Assembly: GCA_048939465.1 (NCBI GenBank)
Contig: JBHLPL010000101.1
Location: forward strand, 1-7,157
DNA from: Promethearchaeota archaeon
Lineage (GTDB): Archaea; Asgardarchaeota; Odinarchaeia; Odinarchaeales; JBHLKK01
Direction: 5' to 3'
DNA length: 7,157 nucleotides
The notes beneath the pieces were generated by a model. That model was not told the origin of the DNA. It searched no databases and worked only from the letters and a program-made list of their open reading frames with translations. The position numbers and the translations under genes were made by a program. Within the stretch, counting starts at the first letter, position 1. Every line of letters starts with the position of its first letter. Shown piece by piece: positions 5,698-7,157 of the stretch.

Positions 5698-6564
5698 TCA
5701 TTCGTCGGAAGAGACGGTCTTCATTAACTCCAATTTCATGCTGAGAGCCCTAGCTGAATGAGTTAAACTTCCCATTGAAAGCACATCAACGCCAGTTGCT
5801 GCATATTCATCCACGTTTTCAAATGTAATTCCTCCCGATGCCTCAACGATAACTCTATCTCTTAATCCTTGGTCCTCGAGTTCATGTACGGCTTGTTTAA
5901 TCTGGTCCGGAGTCATATTATCCAGCATAACTATGTCTGCGCCTGCTTTGGCGGCCTTTAGGCAGTCTCCGATATTCTGAACCTCGATTTCCACCTTTTT
6001 GGAGAAGCTGACCTTGTTTCTAGCAATTCTCACTGCAGTCTCAACGTCTCCGACAAGAACAAGATGATTGTCTTTGATCAAGACGCAATCATCTAGTCTG
6101 AATCTATGTGTATCTCCTCCCCCAATCTCAGCGGCCCGTTTGTCGAAATATCTGAGAAGAGGGGCTGTCTTCCTAGTAACTGCAATCCGAATATCGGGGT
6201 TCGCTTTTCTTGCCTTTTCTATGCTTCTGCCAACAGCGGTGGCTATCCCACTCATTCGCATTAAGAAATTGAGGGCTGTTCTTTCACATGTAAGTATGGC
6301 CTTTGCTGACCCTTCGATAATCATAACAGTAGTTCCAGCTCGTTCAACCTTGTTTCCGTCTTTCAATTTGGTTGCGACTTTTAGCCCCATTTCTTCAAAA
6401 ATGATCTTCGCCTCTCTGATTCCAGCTAAAACACCAACTTCTTCAGCAACTATCTTAGCCTTACTCCTCTCATCTCCAACTAGAATCTCCGTGGTAATGT
6501 CACCGAACCCTGCATCTTCATTTAGCGCACTAATTACTCTTTCTTTAAGATCAAGAGCTTTCAA
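5698..6564 (-). CDS. nadC: Quinolinate phosphoribosyltransferase (nicotinate-nucleotide pyrophosphorylase, carboxylating)
   Basis: EDAGFGDIT, ERTALNFLMRMSGIAT, TRKT, HR..LDD.VLIKDNH, IEVE-like VEIEV, IVMLDNM, EASGGIT, D..S.GSLTHS. TTG start 3 nt after the nadA stop, SD GGAG at 6574-6577. Confidence 0.95.
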   Translation of the reverse strand: MKALDLKERVISALNEDAGFGDITTEILVGDERSKAKIVAEEVGVLAGIREAKIIFEEMGLKVATKLKDGNKVERAGTTVMIIEGSAKAILTCERTALNFLMRMSGIATAVGRSIEKARKANPDIRIAVTRKTAPLLRYFDKRAAEIGGGDTHRFRLDDCVLIKDNHLVLVGDVETAVRIARNKVSFSKKVEIEVQNIGDCLKAAKAGADIVMLDNMTPDQIKQAVHELEDQGLRDRVIVEASGGITFENVDEYAATGVDVLSMGSLTHSARALSMKLELMKTVSSDE

Positions 6565-6567
6565 AAG

Positions 6568-7157
6568 CTACAACTCCATCATACGTTCCATGGCTTTTCT
6601 TGCCTTGACTGCGATTCTCTCGGGAACCTTCACTATCGGGGATTTATTCTTTAGCGAAAGGAAGACCTTCTCTAGCGTGATACTCTTCATTTGTTTACAT
6701 TTTGCCTCCTCGTTCGCACAAACAAAGGTCTTATGAGGGATCTCCCGTCTCATTCTCTCGATCAATCCAGTCTCAGTAGCAACTATGAATTCTTTACAAT
6801 GTGATTCTTGAGCATGTCTATACATTTGCCCGGTACTGCCAACGAAATCTGCTGCCTTTTGGATCTCCGGATCACATTCGGGGTGAACCATAAGCTCTGC
6901 CTTTGGATACTGCTCTTTCTTGATAATTGTCTCCGCGCCAAACATTGTATGAACGTAACAGTGCCCATGTGGGGGAATAGGAATTATCTCCTTATCCGGG
7001 ATTTTGCTCTGGACATACCATGCTAGGTTCTTATCCGGTCCGAAGAGGATCTTGTCCGCATTGAGCTTTCCCACAACCTGTGCTGCGTTGGCTGATGTGC
7101 ACATGACATCTGCTTCAGCTTTCGCCTCCGCTAGTGTGTTCACATAAAGAACAACTA
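6568..7157 (-). CDS. nadA: Quinolinate synthase A, C-terminal part (5' end lies outside the window)
   Basis: Frame is open to the window edge (VVLYVNTLAEAKA; the GTG at 7143 is an internal Val). Motifs ADVMCTSANA, GPDKNL, GHCYVH, HPEC, GSTG, ATE.G, C..MK.ITL; two of the three [4Fe-4S] ligand Cys are visible. Confidence 0.93.
   Translation of the reverse strand, partial: VVLYVNTLAEAKAEADVMCTSANAAQVVGKLNADKILFGPDKNLAWYVQSKIPDKEIIPIPPHGHCYVHTMFGAETIIKKEQYPKAELMVHPECDPEIQKAADFVGSTGQMYRHAQESHCKEFIVATETGLIERMRREIPHKTFVCANEEAKCKQMKSITLEKVFLSLKNKSPIVKVPERIAVKARKAMERMMEL

Noticed and set aside
6068-7026. 222-aa + strand ORF (6068-6736) and small ORFs 6783-6968 and 6808-7026 over nadC/nadA
   Set aside because: Antisense or alternative-frame shadows; the S/L/F/I-rich composition is typical of reverse-complemented coding DNA.
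7141-7143. GTG at 7143 as the nadA start, as in the ORF track
   Set aside because: The frame stays open to the window edge and this codon is the Val of the conserved internal YVNT motif.
6568-7157. Apparent absence of nadB/nadX from the NAD cluster
   Set aside because: The window ends inside nadA, so upstream genes cannot be seen and nothing can be concluded.

Overview
Archaeal window, most likely Asgard (inferred from the WDFGGEERFR-type Rab-like GTPase plus an archaeal histone), with two convergent blocks. The + strand (84-2495) is an accessory eukaryote-like block: a divergent archaeal histone, a Rab-like small GTPase, a 328-aa protein (putative C2H2 zinc-binding domain plus three winged-helix-like repeats) translationally linked to the GTPase, and a 90-aa stand-alone paralogue of the same putative zinc domain ending in a basic amphipathic helix. 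The - strand (2552-7157) is housekeeping: nadA (cut by the window end), nadC, then a complete four-subunit pyruvate/2-oxoacid:ferredoxin oxidoreductase operon porG-porD-porA-porB. No rRNA, tRNA, CRISPR array or mobile element was recognisable. The best candidate for an undescribed system is the GTPase / Zn-domain-3xwHTH / Zn-domain-amphipathic helix module. Its two predicted transcription units and the neighbouring histone gene share an upstream TGCAA-N(1-3)-GTTTA motif. All family assignments come from motifs read by eye; no searches were run.
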